NCBI GenBank assembly: GCA_018001935.1
Contig: JAGNHB010000018.1
Location: 14,286-78,285 of the forward strand
Source: Acidobacteriota bacterium
GTDB taxonomy: Bacteria > Acidobacteriota > JAAYUB01
Direction of reading: 5' to 3'
DNA: 64,000 nucleotides
In this document: positions 37,260 through 47,031 of the stretch, piece by piece
Position numbering within the stretch: position 1 is the stretch's first letter
Layout of the letters: every line of letters begins with the position of its first letter
Made by a program: the position numbers and the translations under genes
Notes under the pieces: generated by a model
Seen by the model: only the letters and a program-made list of their open reading frames with translations
Databases searched by the model: none
Told to the model about the DNA's origin: nothing

Positions 37260-40200
37260 ATGTCTCAACCGAACGAGAACGGGTATCCCACGGTTCCGGG
37301 GCGCCGCCCGGGAAGCCGGCGCGGGCGAATCCCCGGCTGCCCGGAGCCGTCCGGGCCCGCCCGCTTCGCCCTTCCCGCTCTTTTCACCCTGGTGGGGGCC
37401 CTCCTGTGGGCGCCCTTGATCCACGCCCGCGGCAAGGACCTGCTGTTTAACCACCTCTCCCTGGAGGAGGGGCTCTCCCAGGTCTCGGTCACCTGCATCA
37501 TCCAGGACCGGAAGGGGTTCATGTGGTTCGCCACCGAGGGCGGCCTGAACCGCTACGACGGCTACCGTTTCGTCAACTACCGGCACCGGCCCGCCGACCC
37601 GGGCTCGCTGGCCGACAACGCCGTCCACGCCCTGCTGGAGGATCGCCGGGGGAACCTCTGGGCCGCCGCGGGGACCCGGGGCCTGGATCGGCTCGACCCG
37701 GAGTCGGGGGCCTTCGACCATTTCCTGCCCGACCCCCCCAACCCCAACAGCCTGAGCGACGGGCAGGTCACCGCGCTCCTCGAGGGGGGCGCCGCCTCCT
37801 CCCCCTTCCTCTGGATCGGGACCCTCAAGGGGGGGATGCAGCGGCTGGAGGTCAACCGGCGTCGGTTCACCACCTACCGCCACCTCCCGGACGACCCCGG
37901 GAGCCTCGGCCACGACACGGTCAACGGCATCCTCGAGCAGCCGGGGAGCGGCGGCAACGTCCTGTGGGTCGCCACCGCCGGCGGCCTGGACCGCTTCGAC
38001 GTCCGGCTCAACCGCTTCACCCACTTCCGGGCCGGCCCGGGGGGGCTGAGCCACGATCACGTGAAGGCCATCGCGTTCACCGACCCTTTGACCCTCTGGG
38101 CGGGAACGCTCGGGGGCGGTCTCAACCGGCTCGACCTCCGGACCGGTGCGGTGACGGTGTTCCGGAAGGTGGAGCAGGACCCCGCGAGCCTCAGCGACGA
38201 CTTCGTCAACGTCCTGCTCCGCGACTCCGCCGGCCGGCTCTGGGTCGGCACCGACAAGGGGCTCAACCTCCGGGTGGAGGACCCGCCGGGCTTCGTCCGC
38301 TTCCTCCACAACCCCTTCTTCTCCGCCGGGCTCAACGACAGCATGATCGTCTCCCTCTGCGAGGACCGTTCCCAGGTCCTCTGGGTGGGGACGTGGAGCG
38401 GCGGCATCAACAAGGCCGACAACAAGGCCCCGATGTTCACGGCCGTGCTCCAGCGGCCGGGTGAAGCGAATTCGCTGATCCACAACACCGTGAGGGACAT
38501 CGTGCAGGACCGCCGGGGCGCCCTCTGGATCGGGACCACCGAGGGCCTGGACCGGTACGACCGGGCGACGGGCGTCTTCACCCACTTTCTCCGGGACCCT
38601 GCCCGTCCGGACAGCCTCAGTTTCAACTACGTCCTCGACCTCTACGAGGACGGCCAGGGGACGCTCTGGGTCGGGACCATGCGGGGCCTCAACCGCTACG
38701 ACGACCGCACGGGGGTGTTCCGGCGCCATTTCCACGACCCCGCGAACCCCGCGAGTCTCAGCTCCGACGAGATCCAACGGGTGATCGACGACCCGGTCGA
38801 GCCCGACCGGTACCTCTGGGTCGGGACCCGGGACCGCGGGCTGAACCGCTTCGACAAGGCGACCGGGGCGTGCGTCCGCTACCTGCACGACCCGGGCAAC
38901 CCCCTGAGCATGGGGAACGACAAGGTGTACGCTCTTCTTCCCGCGGGCGGCGGGAAGCTGTGGGTGGGGACCTGGGAGGGGCTCGACCGCTTCGATCCCG
39001 GCACGGGCGTCTTCGAGCACTTCCCCAGCGACCCGGGCAACCCCGCATCCCTGAGCAACGGGCGGGTGACCTGCATCGAGCGCGACCCCTCCGGGCACGC
39101 CGACGTCCTGTGGGTCGGGACCTGGGGCGGCGGCCTGAACCGGTTCGACGTGAAGGCCCGCACCTTCCGGAGCTACTCGGAGAACACGGGGTTCCCGTCC
39201 GACCTGGTGTCCGGCGTCCTGGCGGACGGCGACGGCAAGCTCTGGGTCAGTTCCCCCCGGGGCGTGGCCCGGTTCGACCCCGCCACCGGGGAGGCCCGGG
39301 CCTACACGGTCCCCGTGGGGGAGAAAAACAACGCCTACAACGGGGGGGCTTTCTTCCGGGGCGCGGACGGGGAGATGTTCTTCGGCGGGCTGTGGGGAAT
39401 GACGAGTTTCTTCCCCCGGAACGTCCGGGACAACCCCCACGTGCCGCCGGTGGTCCTGACCTCGTTCCGGGTGTTCAACCGGGAAGCCGCGCTTCCCCGG
39501 CCGCTTTCGGAGACCCGGGAGATCGTCCTCTCCCACGCCGACAAGTACCTCGCCTTCGAATTCGCGGGCCTGGAGTACACCGCACCGGGCCGGAATCGGT
39601 ACAAGTTCCGCCTGGAGGGGTTCGACGCCGACTGGGTCCAGACCGATGCCGGCCACCGGACGGCCACCTACACCAACCTGGACCCGGGCGAGTACACCTT
39701 CCGGGTCATCGCCTGCAACAACGACGGCGTCTGGAACCCGGAGGGCGTGTCCGTCCGGGTCGTCGTCGTGCCACCCTTCTGGCGGACCACCGGCTTCCGG
39801 GTCCTGACGGCGGCCGTGCTGGTGCTGGCCGTCTTCGGGCTCTACCGCCTGCGGGTCCGCCACATCCGCCGGCGGGCGCGCGAACTGGAGGAAACCAACC
39901 GGGTCCTGAACCGGGAGGTCCTCGAGCGGCAGCGGGCGGAGGCGCAGGTCCGCAAGAGCGAGCAGCGGCTCCTGACCTTCCTGGAGACCGCCCAGGAAGG
40001 CTTCATCGAGGTGGACGAGCAGGAGATCGTCCTGGACGTGAACCCGGAGCTGTGCCGGATCATGGGCCGCCCCCGGGAGGAACTCCTGGGCCGGAGCTTC
40101 TTCGACTTCATCCGCCAGGAGGACCTGGAGAGCTTCCAGGAGGAGGTGGGGAGGCGGGCGAAGGGGAAGACGGGCTCCTACGCCCTCACGCTCATCAAGC

Positions 40201-41513
40201 CCGACACCACCCCCGTCCACTGCCTGGTGAACGCCTCGCCCCTCTTCGACCCGGACGGCCGCCGGCGGGGCTCCTTCGCCCTGGTCACCAACATCACGGA
40301 GATGAAGCAGGCGGAGGCCCAGCTCCGGCAGGCCCAGAAGATGGAGACCATCGGCACCCTGGCCGGCGGGCTCGCCCACGACTTCAACAACGTCCTGGGC
40401 GGCATCTCGGGGACGCTGTCGGTCATCAAGTTCAAGTACCGCGGCAAATCGTCCATCGGCGTCCAGGAACTGGAGCCGCACCTCCGGGTCATGGAGGAGG
40501 CTTCCGCACGGGCGGCGGACATGGTGAAGCGGCTGCTGACCCTGTCCCGGCAGCAGGAACTGGCCTTCGAGAGCGTGGACCTCGGCGTGTCGGTGTCCAA
40601 CGTGATTACCCTCTGCGAGAACACCTTCGACAAGTCCATCGGGATCCGGTGGTCCCCGCCCGCGGAAGCGGCCCGGGTCCGGGCGGACGCCACGCAGGTG
40701 GAGCAGGTCCTCCTCAACCTCTGCGTGAACGCCTCCCACGCCATGACCCTCATGCGCCCGGAGACGGATCCGCCGGGGGGGACCCTGACGGTGTCCCTGC
40801 GGAAAATCCTCTCCGACAAGATCTTCTGCTACACCCACCCCGAGGCCGGGGAGCTGAAGGCGTTCTGGGTGGTCAGCATCAGCGACACGGGCGTGGGGAT
40901 GAGTTCGAAGATCATCGCCAAGATGTTCGACCCCTTCTTCACCACCAAGCAGAAAGGGGTCGGCACGGGGCTCGGCCTGTCCACGGTCTACAGCATCGTC
41001 CAGCAGCACGGCGGCTTCATCGACGTCTACTCCGAGCCCGGCATCGGCTCCACCTTCAACGTGTACTTCCCCGTCCCGGCGGGCGAGAAGGCGGGCGGGG
41101 CGGGGGCCGGGGAGGAGGAGCCCCTCCCGCGGGGCACCGGGACCATCCTGGTGGTGGATGACGAGAAGGCCATCCGCGACGCGGCGAAGGCCTTCCTGGA
41201 GTACTGCGGGTACACGGTCCTGCTGGCCGGGGACGGCCTGGAGGCGGTGGACGTCTTCCGCGCCCGGCACGCGGAGATCCGGGTGGTCCTGCTGGACGTG
41301 GTGATGCCGCGGATGTCCGGGCGGGAGGCTTTCCTCGAGCTGCGAAAGATCCGGCCGGACGTGCGGGTCATTGTTGCCTCCGGTTTCCAGATTGACGGCC
41401 GGGTCCGGTCGCTCCTGGACCTGGGCGCGCAGGACACCATCCACAAGCCGTTTGCATTAAACGAATTAGCCCACAAGATCGCCGCCCTCGCCCCCGACTT
41501 TACCGCCGAGTAA
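37260..41513 (+). CDS. hybrid sensor histidine kinase / response regulator with periplasmic two-component-regulator beta-propeller repeats and Y_Y_Y domain
   Basis: many LWVGT/GGLNR propeller repeats, TM helix, coiled coil, PAS, HisKA (LAHDFNNVLGGI), HATPase_c (ISDTGVGM...GTGLGLS), REC (ILVVDDE...VLLDVVMP). Confidence 0.85.
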   Translation: MSQPNENGYPTVPGRRPGSRRGRIPGCPEPSGPARFALPALFTLVGALLWAPLIHARGKDLLFNHLSLEEGLSQVSVTCIIQDRKGFMWFATEGGLNRYDGYRFVNYRHRPADPGSLADNAVHALLEDRRGNLWAAAGTRGLDRLDPESGAFDHFLPDPPNPNSLSDGQVTALLEGGAASSPFLWIGTLKGGMQRLEVNRRRFTTYRHLPDDPGSLGHDTVNGILEQPGSGGNVLWVATAGGLDRFDVRLNRFTHFRAGPGGLSHDHVKAIAFTDPLTLWAGTLGGGLNRLDLRTGAVTVFRKVEQDPASLSDDFVNVLLRDSAGRLWVGTDKGLNLRVEDPPGFVRFLHNPFFSAGLNDSMIVSLCEDRSQVLWVGTWSGGINKADNKAPMFTAVLQRPGEANSLIHNTVRDIVQDRRGALWIGTTEGLDRYDRATGVFTHFLRDPARPDSLSFNYVLDLYEDGQGTLWVGTMRGLNRYDDRTGVFRRHFHDPANPASLSSDEIQRVIDDPVEPDRYLWVGTRDRGLNRFDKATGACVRYLHDPGNPLSMGNDKVYALLPAGGGKLWVGTWEGLDRFDPGTGVFEHFPSDPGNPASLSNGRVTCIERDPSGHADVLWVGTWGGGLNRFDVKARTFRSYSENTGFPSDLVSGVLADGDGKLWVSSPRGVARFDPATGEARAYTVPVGEKNNAYNGGAFFRGADGEMFFGGLWGMTSFFPRNVRDNPHVPPVVLTSFRVFNREAALPRPLSETREIVLSHADKYLAFEFAGLEYTAPGRNRYKFRLEGFDADWVQTDAGHRTATYTNLDPGEYTFRVIACNNDGVWNPEGVSVRVVVVPPFWRTTGFRVLTAAVLVLAVFGLYRLRVRHIRRRARELEETNRVLNREVLERQRAEAQVRKSEQRLLTFLETAQEGFIEVDEQEIVLDVNPELCRIMGRPREELLGRSFFDFIRQEDLESFQEEVGRRAKGKTGSYALTLIKPDTTPVHCLVNASPLFDPDGRRRGSFALVTNITEMKQAEAQLRQAQKMETIGTLAGGLAHDFNNVLGGISGTLSVIKFKYRGKSSIGVQELEPHLRVMEEASARAADMVKRLLTLSRQQELAFESVDLGVSVSNVITLCENTFDKSIGIRWSPPAEAARVRADATQVEQVLLNLCVNASHAMTLMRPETDPPGGTLTVSLRKILSDKIFCYTHPEAGELKAFWVVSISDTGVGMSSKIIAKMFDPFFTTKQKGVGTGLGLSTVYSIVQQHGGFIDVYSEPGIGSTFNVYFPVPAGEKAGGAGAGEEEPLPRGTGTILVVDDEKAIRDAAKAFLEYCGYTVLLAGDGLEAVDVFRARHAEIRVVLLDVVMPRMSGREAFLELRKIRPDVRVIVASGFQIDGRVRSLLDLGAQDTIHKPFALNELAHKIAALAPDFTAE

Positions 41514-41628
41514 GAACAGCCGCACAAAACCCGAAAAAAAACTCGGAATTTCTTCCGCAGAAACGTTGATATAGGAGGGAGTGATTGCCCTGAGGTCATG
41601 ATTCTTCCCGTCGGCGATGATCTGTTCT

Positions 41629-41655
41629 GAACCGCAGAATACGCAGAACACGCAG
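41629..41655 (+). repeat. left inverted repeat GAACCGCAGAATACGCAGAACACGCAG flanking the GxxExxY gene
   Basis: about 21/27 identity to the reverse complement of 42328-42354. Confidence 0.7.
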
Positions 41656-41806
41656 ATGTAGAAGTGTAGCGATTATAGGGTTTGAGGATGGAAAGAGGTG
41701 ATGCCAGAGATGAGAAGAGAATTCGTGAAGGGGGTGGAAGAGATTTGAAAGATGTGGGAAGTGGGCCGGAGGAGGGTGTGAAAAGAACTTGAGGAAGAGG
41801 AGGTGG

Positions 41807-42262
41807 ATGATGGGGGTCAGGCAGAGTGCTTCCGATTCGGACGGTTTTCCTTTGAAAGACGAGGGATACGCAATCCTGGGTGCCGTGTTTGAAGTGTACA
41901 AGGTGATGGGGTGTGGTTTCCTTGAGGCTGTTTACCAGGAGTGCCTCGAGTACGAGTTCGAAGACCGGGGAATTCCCTTCGAGGCGAACCCGAACCTCAC
42001 CATCGATTTCAAGAAGCGACGCTTGAAGAGGAAATATCAACCTGATTTTCTGTGTTTCAGCCAGATTGTGGTGGAACTCAAAGCGGTCTCGGCGCTGATT
42101 CCCGAGTATCGTGCCCAGCTTCACAATTACTTGAAAGTTTCCGGCATGACCGTCGGTTACCTTGTCAATTTCGGGCATTTCCCCCTTGTGGAATACGAAC
42201 GCATCATCCGGACCGACCCGGAGAAGGGACGCCAAAACGGGAGCACGAACGGGGAACCGTGA
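41807..42262 (+). CDS. GxxExxY family protein (PD-(D/E)XK nuclease superfamily)
   Basis: LKDEGYAILGAVFEVYKVMGCGFLEAVYQECLEYEF...QPDFLC...IVVELKAV; strong GAGGAGG RBS; AT-richer flanks. Confidence 0.75.
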   Translation: MMGVRQSASDSDGFPLKDEGYAILGAVFEVYKVMGCGFLEAVYQECLEYEFEDRGIPFEANPNLTIDFKKRRLKRKYQPDFLCFSQIVVELKAVSALIPEYRAQLHNYLKVSGMTVGYLVNFGHFPLVEYERIIRTDPEKGRQNGSTNGEP

Positions 42263-42327
42263 TGGCCTTCCGATGACACCATCTCCGTCTCTCAGATAGA
42301 CCGAAAAAATAGATAATATAACTCTTT

Positions 42328-42354
42328 CTGCTTATTCTGCGTATTCTGTGGTTC
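42328..42354 (-). repeat. right inverted repeat (reverse complement GAACCACAGAATACGCAGAATAAGCAG) flanking the GxxExxY gene
   Basis: ctgcttattctgcgtattctgtggttc; overlaps the stop codon of the sensor kinase gene. Confidence 0.7.
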
Positions 42355-43774
42355 ACTCAGGATTGGGCGGGGGGGGAGGTGCTGGGGCGGGGAGGGCGGG
42401 GATGCGGACCCGGAACACCGCCCCCTGGCCCGGCTCGCTCTCCACTTCCACGCTCCCCCGGTGCAGCTCCACCAGGTCCTTGACGATGGAGAGCCCCAGG
42501 CCCGTGGAGTGCTCGCCGCCCGTCGGCCGGGCGCTGAGGCGCTGGAATCGCCCGAAGACCCGCTCCCGGTCGCCCTCCGACAGGCCGGGCCCCCGGTCGT
42601 GGACCTCGAAGCGGACTTCCCCGTTCTCCCGGCACAGCCGCAGGAAAATCACCCCCCCCGGCGGCGAGAACTTGACGGCGTTGCTCACCAGGTTGTCCAT
42701 GACCTGCTGGAGGCGCAGCCGGTCCCCCCGCACGCGACACCCCTCCCCGGGCTCCAGCACGAGGGTCTGCCCCTTTCGCGCCGCCAGCGGCCGGTTGAGG
42801 CTGACCACCGACTCCGCCAGCGGCCCCAGGAGCAGTTCCTCCTCCACCAGCTGGAGGCGGCCGGTGTCGATGACCACGGTGTCCAGCAGCTCGTTGATGA
42901 GGGTCACCATCTTCTCGGAGGCGCTGATGATCATCTCCAGCTGTTCGATCCCCTTCCGGTCTTCCTTGATCCGCCGCCGGAGAAGTTTCGAGAACCCGGT
43001 CACGACCTGGAGCGGGTTCTTCAGGTCGTGGGCGGCGACGGCGAGGATGGAACTCTTGAGGTCGTTCACCTGCCGAAGTTCCTCGTTGGTCCGCCGCAGC
43101 TCGTCGGCCGTGGTCTCCAGGCTCCGGTTGGCCTCCATGAGCTTCAGCTGCACCCGTTGGAGCTGGATGTTGCTCAGGTGGATGGTCTGCTGGGCGACGA
43201 AGTTGTCGCGGCGGGCCCGTTCGAGGAGAACGGCCGCCACGACGGCGATGAGCGTCGCCTCGGCGAAGTTGAACAGCCCGTAGAGCCGCTGGGGGGTGTC
43301 GAAGCGCATCCCCCGGCACAGGCCAAGGGCGGCGAAGAGGGCGATGGAAAGGGCGATCAGCCACAGGGAATTCTTGCGGCCCAGGGGCGCCATGGGGAGG
43401 ATCAGCAGGATGATGCTGAAGCCGCCGAGGTACACGGGGTCGCCGCCCACCAGCCCGAGGATGGCGCCGGCCGAGAGGTTCAGGTAGGCGAAGAGGGCCA
43501 GGAGGAGGACGTGGCTGTTCTCGCGGACCCGGGGGAGGGCCAGCAGGGCGAGGACGCCGGCCCCGACGACGGTGAGGCCGAGCCTCAGGGCGGTCACGAG
43601 GTCGTTGCCGGGGAAGAGATGGCGGTCCACCAGGAGGAAGGGGATCCAGGCCGCCAGGGAGGCCAGGGCGGCGGGCAGCACCAGGGGCCGGCTCAGGCGC
43701 TCCAGGTCCATCCCGAAGGCGTAGTCGCCGAACAGTTCCTCGTGCCCCGCGAGGTCGGGCGCGTCGTCGTGCAT
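42353..43774 (-). CDS. membrane sensor histidine kinase (orphan, no cognate regulator adjacent)
   Basis: 6 TM helices, coiled coil, HisKA AHDLKNPL, HATPase_c N/G boxes (HDRGPGLS, GLGLSIV); ATG at 43774 with GGAGG RBS. Confidence 0.8.
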   Translation of the reverse strand: MHDDAPDLAGHEELFGDYAFGMDLERLSRPLVLPAALASLAAWIPFLLVDRHLFPGNDLVTALRLGLTVVGAGVLALLALPRVRENSHVLLLALFAYLNLSAGAILGLVGGDPVYLGGFSIILLILPMAPLGRKNSLWLIALSIALFAALGLCRGMRFDTPQRLYGLFNFAEATLIAVVAAVLLERARRDNFVAQQTIHLSNIQLQRVQLKLMEANRSLETTADELRRTNEELRQVNDLKSSILAVAAHDLKNPLQVVTGFSKLLRRRIKEDRKGIEQLEMIISASEKMVTLINELLDTVVIDTGRLQLVEEELLLGPLAESVVSLNRPLAARKGQTLVLEPGEGCRVRGDRLRLQQVMDNLVSNAVKFSPPGGVIFLRLCRENGEVRFEVHDRGPGLSEGDRERVFGRFQRLSARPTGGEHSTGLGLSIVKDLVELHRGSVEVESEPGQGAVFRVRIPALPAPAPPPPPNPE

Positions 43775-43949
43775 GACCGGGATTTCCTCCCCGTGGGCGG
43801 CCGCGATCCCGGATTTCACGCCGGGCGGCTCCCGGCGGCCGCGCCTGTCCGAATTGTACCCCAGAGTCGAGGGCTTGTTCAACCGGTCTGAAAAGCCCGC
43901 AACGTTGACCGTTCCTGCGCTCGTGCCGCCTCCCTGGCGATTCGTTTTC

Positions 43950-44300
43950 CTTCGCGATCTTGGCGCCTTGGCGAGAGCCGACCCGGATCTTGATCTCGTA
44001 AAGGCGCAAAGATCGCAAAGGAAGACTGCAAAAGGAAGGGAGAAGATCGAGGGTTGCGGGCTGTAGTCGACAAGGGGGCCGCCGATCCCGGTCGCGAGCG
44101 CGTCCCCGGTCGAGTGCGACAGCGCGTGCGAGTGCGGCTGCGACAGCGCATGCGATTGCGATTGCGATTGCGATTGCGACGGCGATTGCGACGGCGATTG
44201 CGATACCGATAGCGATTGCGATACCGACCCCGATACCGATACCGACCTCGATGGGAACCCCTCCGGACCTACAGCCTACAGCCTATAGCCTACAGCCTAA
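43950..44300. repeat. composite repeat element: GCAAAG block, long GCGAYWGCGA/GATACC hexamer array, CTCGATGGGAACCCCTCCGGACC linker, CCTACAG x4
   Basis: read directly; lies immediately downstream of the 44312 gene. Confidence 0.9.
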
Positions 44301-44311
44301 CCCGGCGGCGG

Positions 44312-45715
44312 TCAGGCGGGGTCGAGTTCGGAGCAGAACGGGACCACCTTTCCGCCCGGTTGGTCGTCACCGAGGCGCTCGTCGATGCGGACGGTGATCC
44401 TGACCCCCTTCCCGAAAAGCGCCCGGAGCCGCTTCGCGATGGCGGCGGGGTCCAGGGGGCAGCCCGGGGCGGGGCGGAGGGCGAGGGTGCACGACCCGTC
44501 GCGGTGCTGCACGAACGCGTGCTGCAGGACGATCCACTCCCGGATGACCCGGCCGATGTCCACCGGCCCCACCCGGCTGCCGTCCGCCGCGCGGAACGTC
44601 ACCGGGGCCCGGGCCTGGAGGTCCAGCAGGCGCGGGACGGGGTCGGCCCCCGGCGGGTCGCTCCAGGAGAGGCGGGCGACGTCGCCGGTCCGGTAACGGA
44701 GCAGTGGGAGGTAGGGGTTTCGCCCGCCGGTGACGCTGATCTCGCCCGGTTCACCCTCGGGGACGGGTCGGCCGTCCGCGTCCACGATCTCGACGTAGAG
44801 GTCGGCGGGCAGGAGGGTGAAACCGGGGGCGTCGGGGGCGGCGTAGCCGATGACGCCGGTCTCCGTAGTGGCGTAGGTGTCGATCACCGGACAGCCGTAC
44901 GCGTCCTCCAGTCGCCGCTTCAGGCCGGAATCCAGGGCGACCGCCGAGCTGATCATGGCGGCGGGCTTCACCGGGATTTCCCAGGCCAGCAACCGGGCGT
45001 ATCCCAACGGGTCGCCCGTCAGGAAGAGGGGCGCAAGGTCCGCGAGGAAACGGCGGGCCGCCGCGGGGGTCCAGGCATGCGGGTGCAGGTTGACCTTGGC
45101 GAAGGCGGCGTTGCCCCATACCGCGAAGACGGTGGCAAAGACGACCGTGGTTCGGTGGGCGCTGAGGTTGACGCAGGCCGTGACCGTCTCGTCGAAGGAA
45201 AGCCGGACGCCGTGGCGTTCCAGCACGAATTCCAGGAAGGCGTGGTTCGTCGCCATGGTGACGGGGTGGTGGGGGACGTAGAGGGCGTGGCCGGTCACCC
45301 CCGAGGTCTCGTAGGTGATGAGGCGGGAAAGGTCGGCGTCGCGGGGAACGATCCGCTCGAGGCGGGCGGCGAGGTCCGCACGGCGCATCGTGGGTACCCG
45401 GGCCCAGTCGCGGGCCAGATTCAGCCCTTTCGGCAGCGCGTCCGCGAACCAGGGCGAGCGGCGGCGCATCGCCCGCGCCCAGGCGCGGATCGCGGCCGGG
45501 GGGCGGCCGTCGCCGGGGCGGCGGCCTTCCCGGATCGACCGGCGCACGACGTCCACGGCGGGGAGGTCTCCCGGGAGCAGCCGGTCGCCGGTGGCGAAGT
45601 TCCACGCCGGGGCGTCGGGGTGCTGGAGAATCCCCCGGAGCCGCTCCCAGGCCCCGACCGTGATCAGGGGGTTTCGCTCTCTCTGCTCAGCGGGGATGAA
45701 CTGTTCCGTCTCCAT
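44312..45715 (-). CDS. phenylacetate-CoA ligase-like adenylate-forming enzyme (PaaK/CapK/F390-synthetase family)
   Basis: adenylation-domain core YETSGVTG (AMP-binding TSGTTG-like); other conserved segments match the family only loosely; ATG at 45715. Confidence 0.7.
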   Translation of the reverse strand: METEQFIPAEQRERNPLITVGAWERLRGILQHPDAPAWNFATGDRLLPGDLPAVDVVRRSIREGRRPGDGRPPAAIRAWARAMRRRSPWFADALPKGLNLARDWARVPTMRRADLAARLERIVPRDADLSRLITYETSGVTGHALYVPHHPVTMATNHAFLEFVLERHGVRLSFDETVTACVNLSAHRTTVVFATVFAVWGNAAFAKVNLHPHAWTPAAARRFLADLAPLFLTGDPLGYARLLAWEIPVKPAAMISSAVALDSGLKRRLEDAYGCPVIDTYATTETGVIGYAAPDAPGFTLLPADLYVEIVDADGRPVPEGEPGEISVTGGRNPYLPLLRYRTGDVARLSWSDPPGADPVPRLLDLQARAPVTFRAADGSRVGPVDIGRVIREWIVLQHAFVQHRDGSCTLALRPAPGCPLDPAAIAKRLRALFGKGVRITVRIDERLGDDQPGGKVVPFCSELDPA

Positions 45716-45789
45716 GCCTTGCCTCGCTATCCCAACCCGGATGAACCGGAAAAGCACCACGGATGAATACGGATCACGCGGACTCACCA

Positions 45790-45900
45790 GAAAAAAACAG
45801 GCGATCTCAACCTCTCGCGAAGGCGCAAAGCCGCCAAGCCTCGCAAAGTCGGAACCGGGAAAAGAGGGACCTTTGCGAAGCTTTGCGTCTTCGCGCCTTT
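45790..45900. repeat. GCGCAAAG-type inverted repeats
   Basis: gaaggcgcaaagccgccaagcctcgcaaagtc ... cctttgcgaagctttgcgtcttcgcgcctttgcg. Confidence 0.7.
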
Positions 45901-45954
45901 GCGTGAAACCGAGGAAACGATCCTCGTCCAGGGTTGTTCAGAGACCAATCGCCT

Positions 45955-46539
45955 CTACCAGTCGCTCGCGGCCCGGGCGGCGGCTTCCCGGGCCTTCTCC
46001 GCCCGGAGGCGTTCCCGCAGTTCCCGCGCCCGCTCCTGCTGGGCCCGGGTGGCTTCGATGAGCTGCGCCCGGCGGACGCTGTCGAGGGTGGCGAGGCGGT
46101 CCGCCGCCTGCTCCATCGTCTCGCCCGGCGGTTCGATCCCCAGCGACCGCAGGCAGAGGCGAACCAGCTCCTCCCGACGGTCCGGGTCCCCGACGAAGGC
46201 GTCGGCGTTGACCACGGTCGCCAGTTCCCTCAGGCGATCGTCGAGGAAGGCCTGGACGCGGGCGGGCGGGGGCGGTGGCTGCCGGAGGCTCTCGTCCGCC
46301 AGGAGCCAGCAGCCGACCAGCACCAGCCGGAGCCAGTCGCGGTCGCCCTTGCCAGGCCCCGTGAAGGCGCGGAGTTCCAGTTCGGAGAGTGACACGCCCG
46401 CCAGGTCGAGGACCAGGTCGTGCACCACGGCGTCCACCCGGACGGCGCCCTTCCCCCGCAGGCAGGGCTCCGCCAGGAAGTCCGGGGGGCACTCGCTCAG
46501 TCGGTGCATCAGGCGGTCCAGGGACATCTCAGGAAGCAT
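45955..46539 (-). CDS. hypothetical protein with C-terminal coiled coil
   Basis: ATG at 46539 (MLPEMSLDRLMHRLSE); no family recognised. Confidence 0.45.
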   Translation of the reverse strand: MLPEMSLDRLMHRLSECPPDFLAEPCLRGKGAVRVDAVVHDLVLDLAGVSLSELELRAFTGPGKGDRDWLRLVLVGCWLLADESLRQPPPPPARVQAFLDDRLRELATVVNADAFVGDPDRREELVRLCLRSLGIEPPGETMEQAADRLATLDSVRRAQLIEATRAQQERARELRERLRAEKAREAAARAASDW

Positions 46540-46559
46540 GCCAACCTCACTCGGAGTAT

Positions 46560-47030
46560 AAACCAAGAACCACACGAAACAGCGACCACGAAACACTTGA
46601 AAACGGAACCGCAAACCGCACGAAAGAGAACCGCCCCTTGTTTGTCGGGAAGGCGGACCGAATTCCCGCGAAGAAACAGGACAGGCCGGAAATCAACCGC
46701 TCGAGGGCGTTCTGGTTTTCCGGGAAAGGACGAAAGGACTTAAAGGACCAAAACGACCCAAAGGACAGGGTGGGCGGCCACTTTTTCTCCGCGGTCCGGT
46801 TCGGGGATCCCGCACCGTGATCCGTTTCTTCTCATCGCTCCCCTTCATCCCCTTCATCCCCTTCATCCCATTCATCCCATTCATCCCATTTATCCCATTT
46901 ATCCCATTCATCCCATCATTCCCATTCTCCCCACTCTCTGCTTTCTTCTCTCTTTTTCTTTGCTTTCTTTGCTCTCTTTGCTTTCTTTGCGGTTTCTGCT
47001 CTCTTTGTGGCTTCCCCCGGTTTCGCGCCC
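46560..47030. repeat. composite repeat region: CACGAAC block, AAAGGAC x5, CCCATTCAT 9-mer x10, CTTTGCTTT array
   Basis: read directly. Confidence 0.9.
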
Positions 47031-47031
47031 G

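Noticed and set aside
41513-41789. Possible small gene or sRNA in the AT-rich spacer before the GxxExxY gene
   Set aside because: No ORF with RBS or conserved structure was identifiable by eye. It is treated as cassette flank and promoter region.
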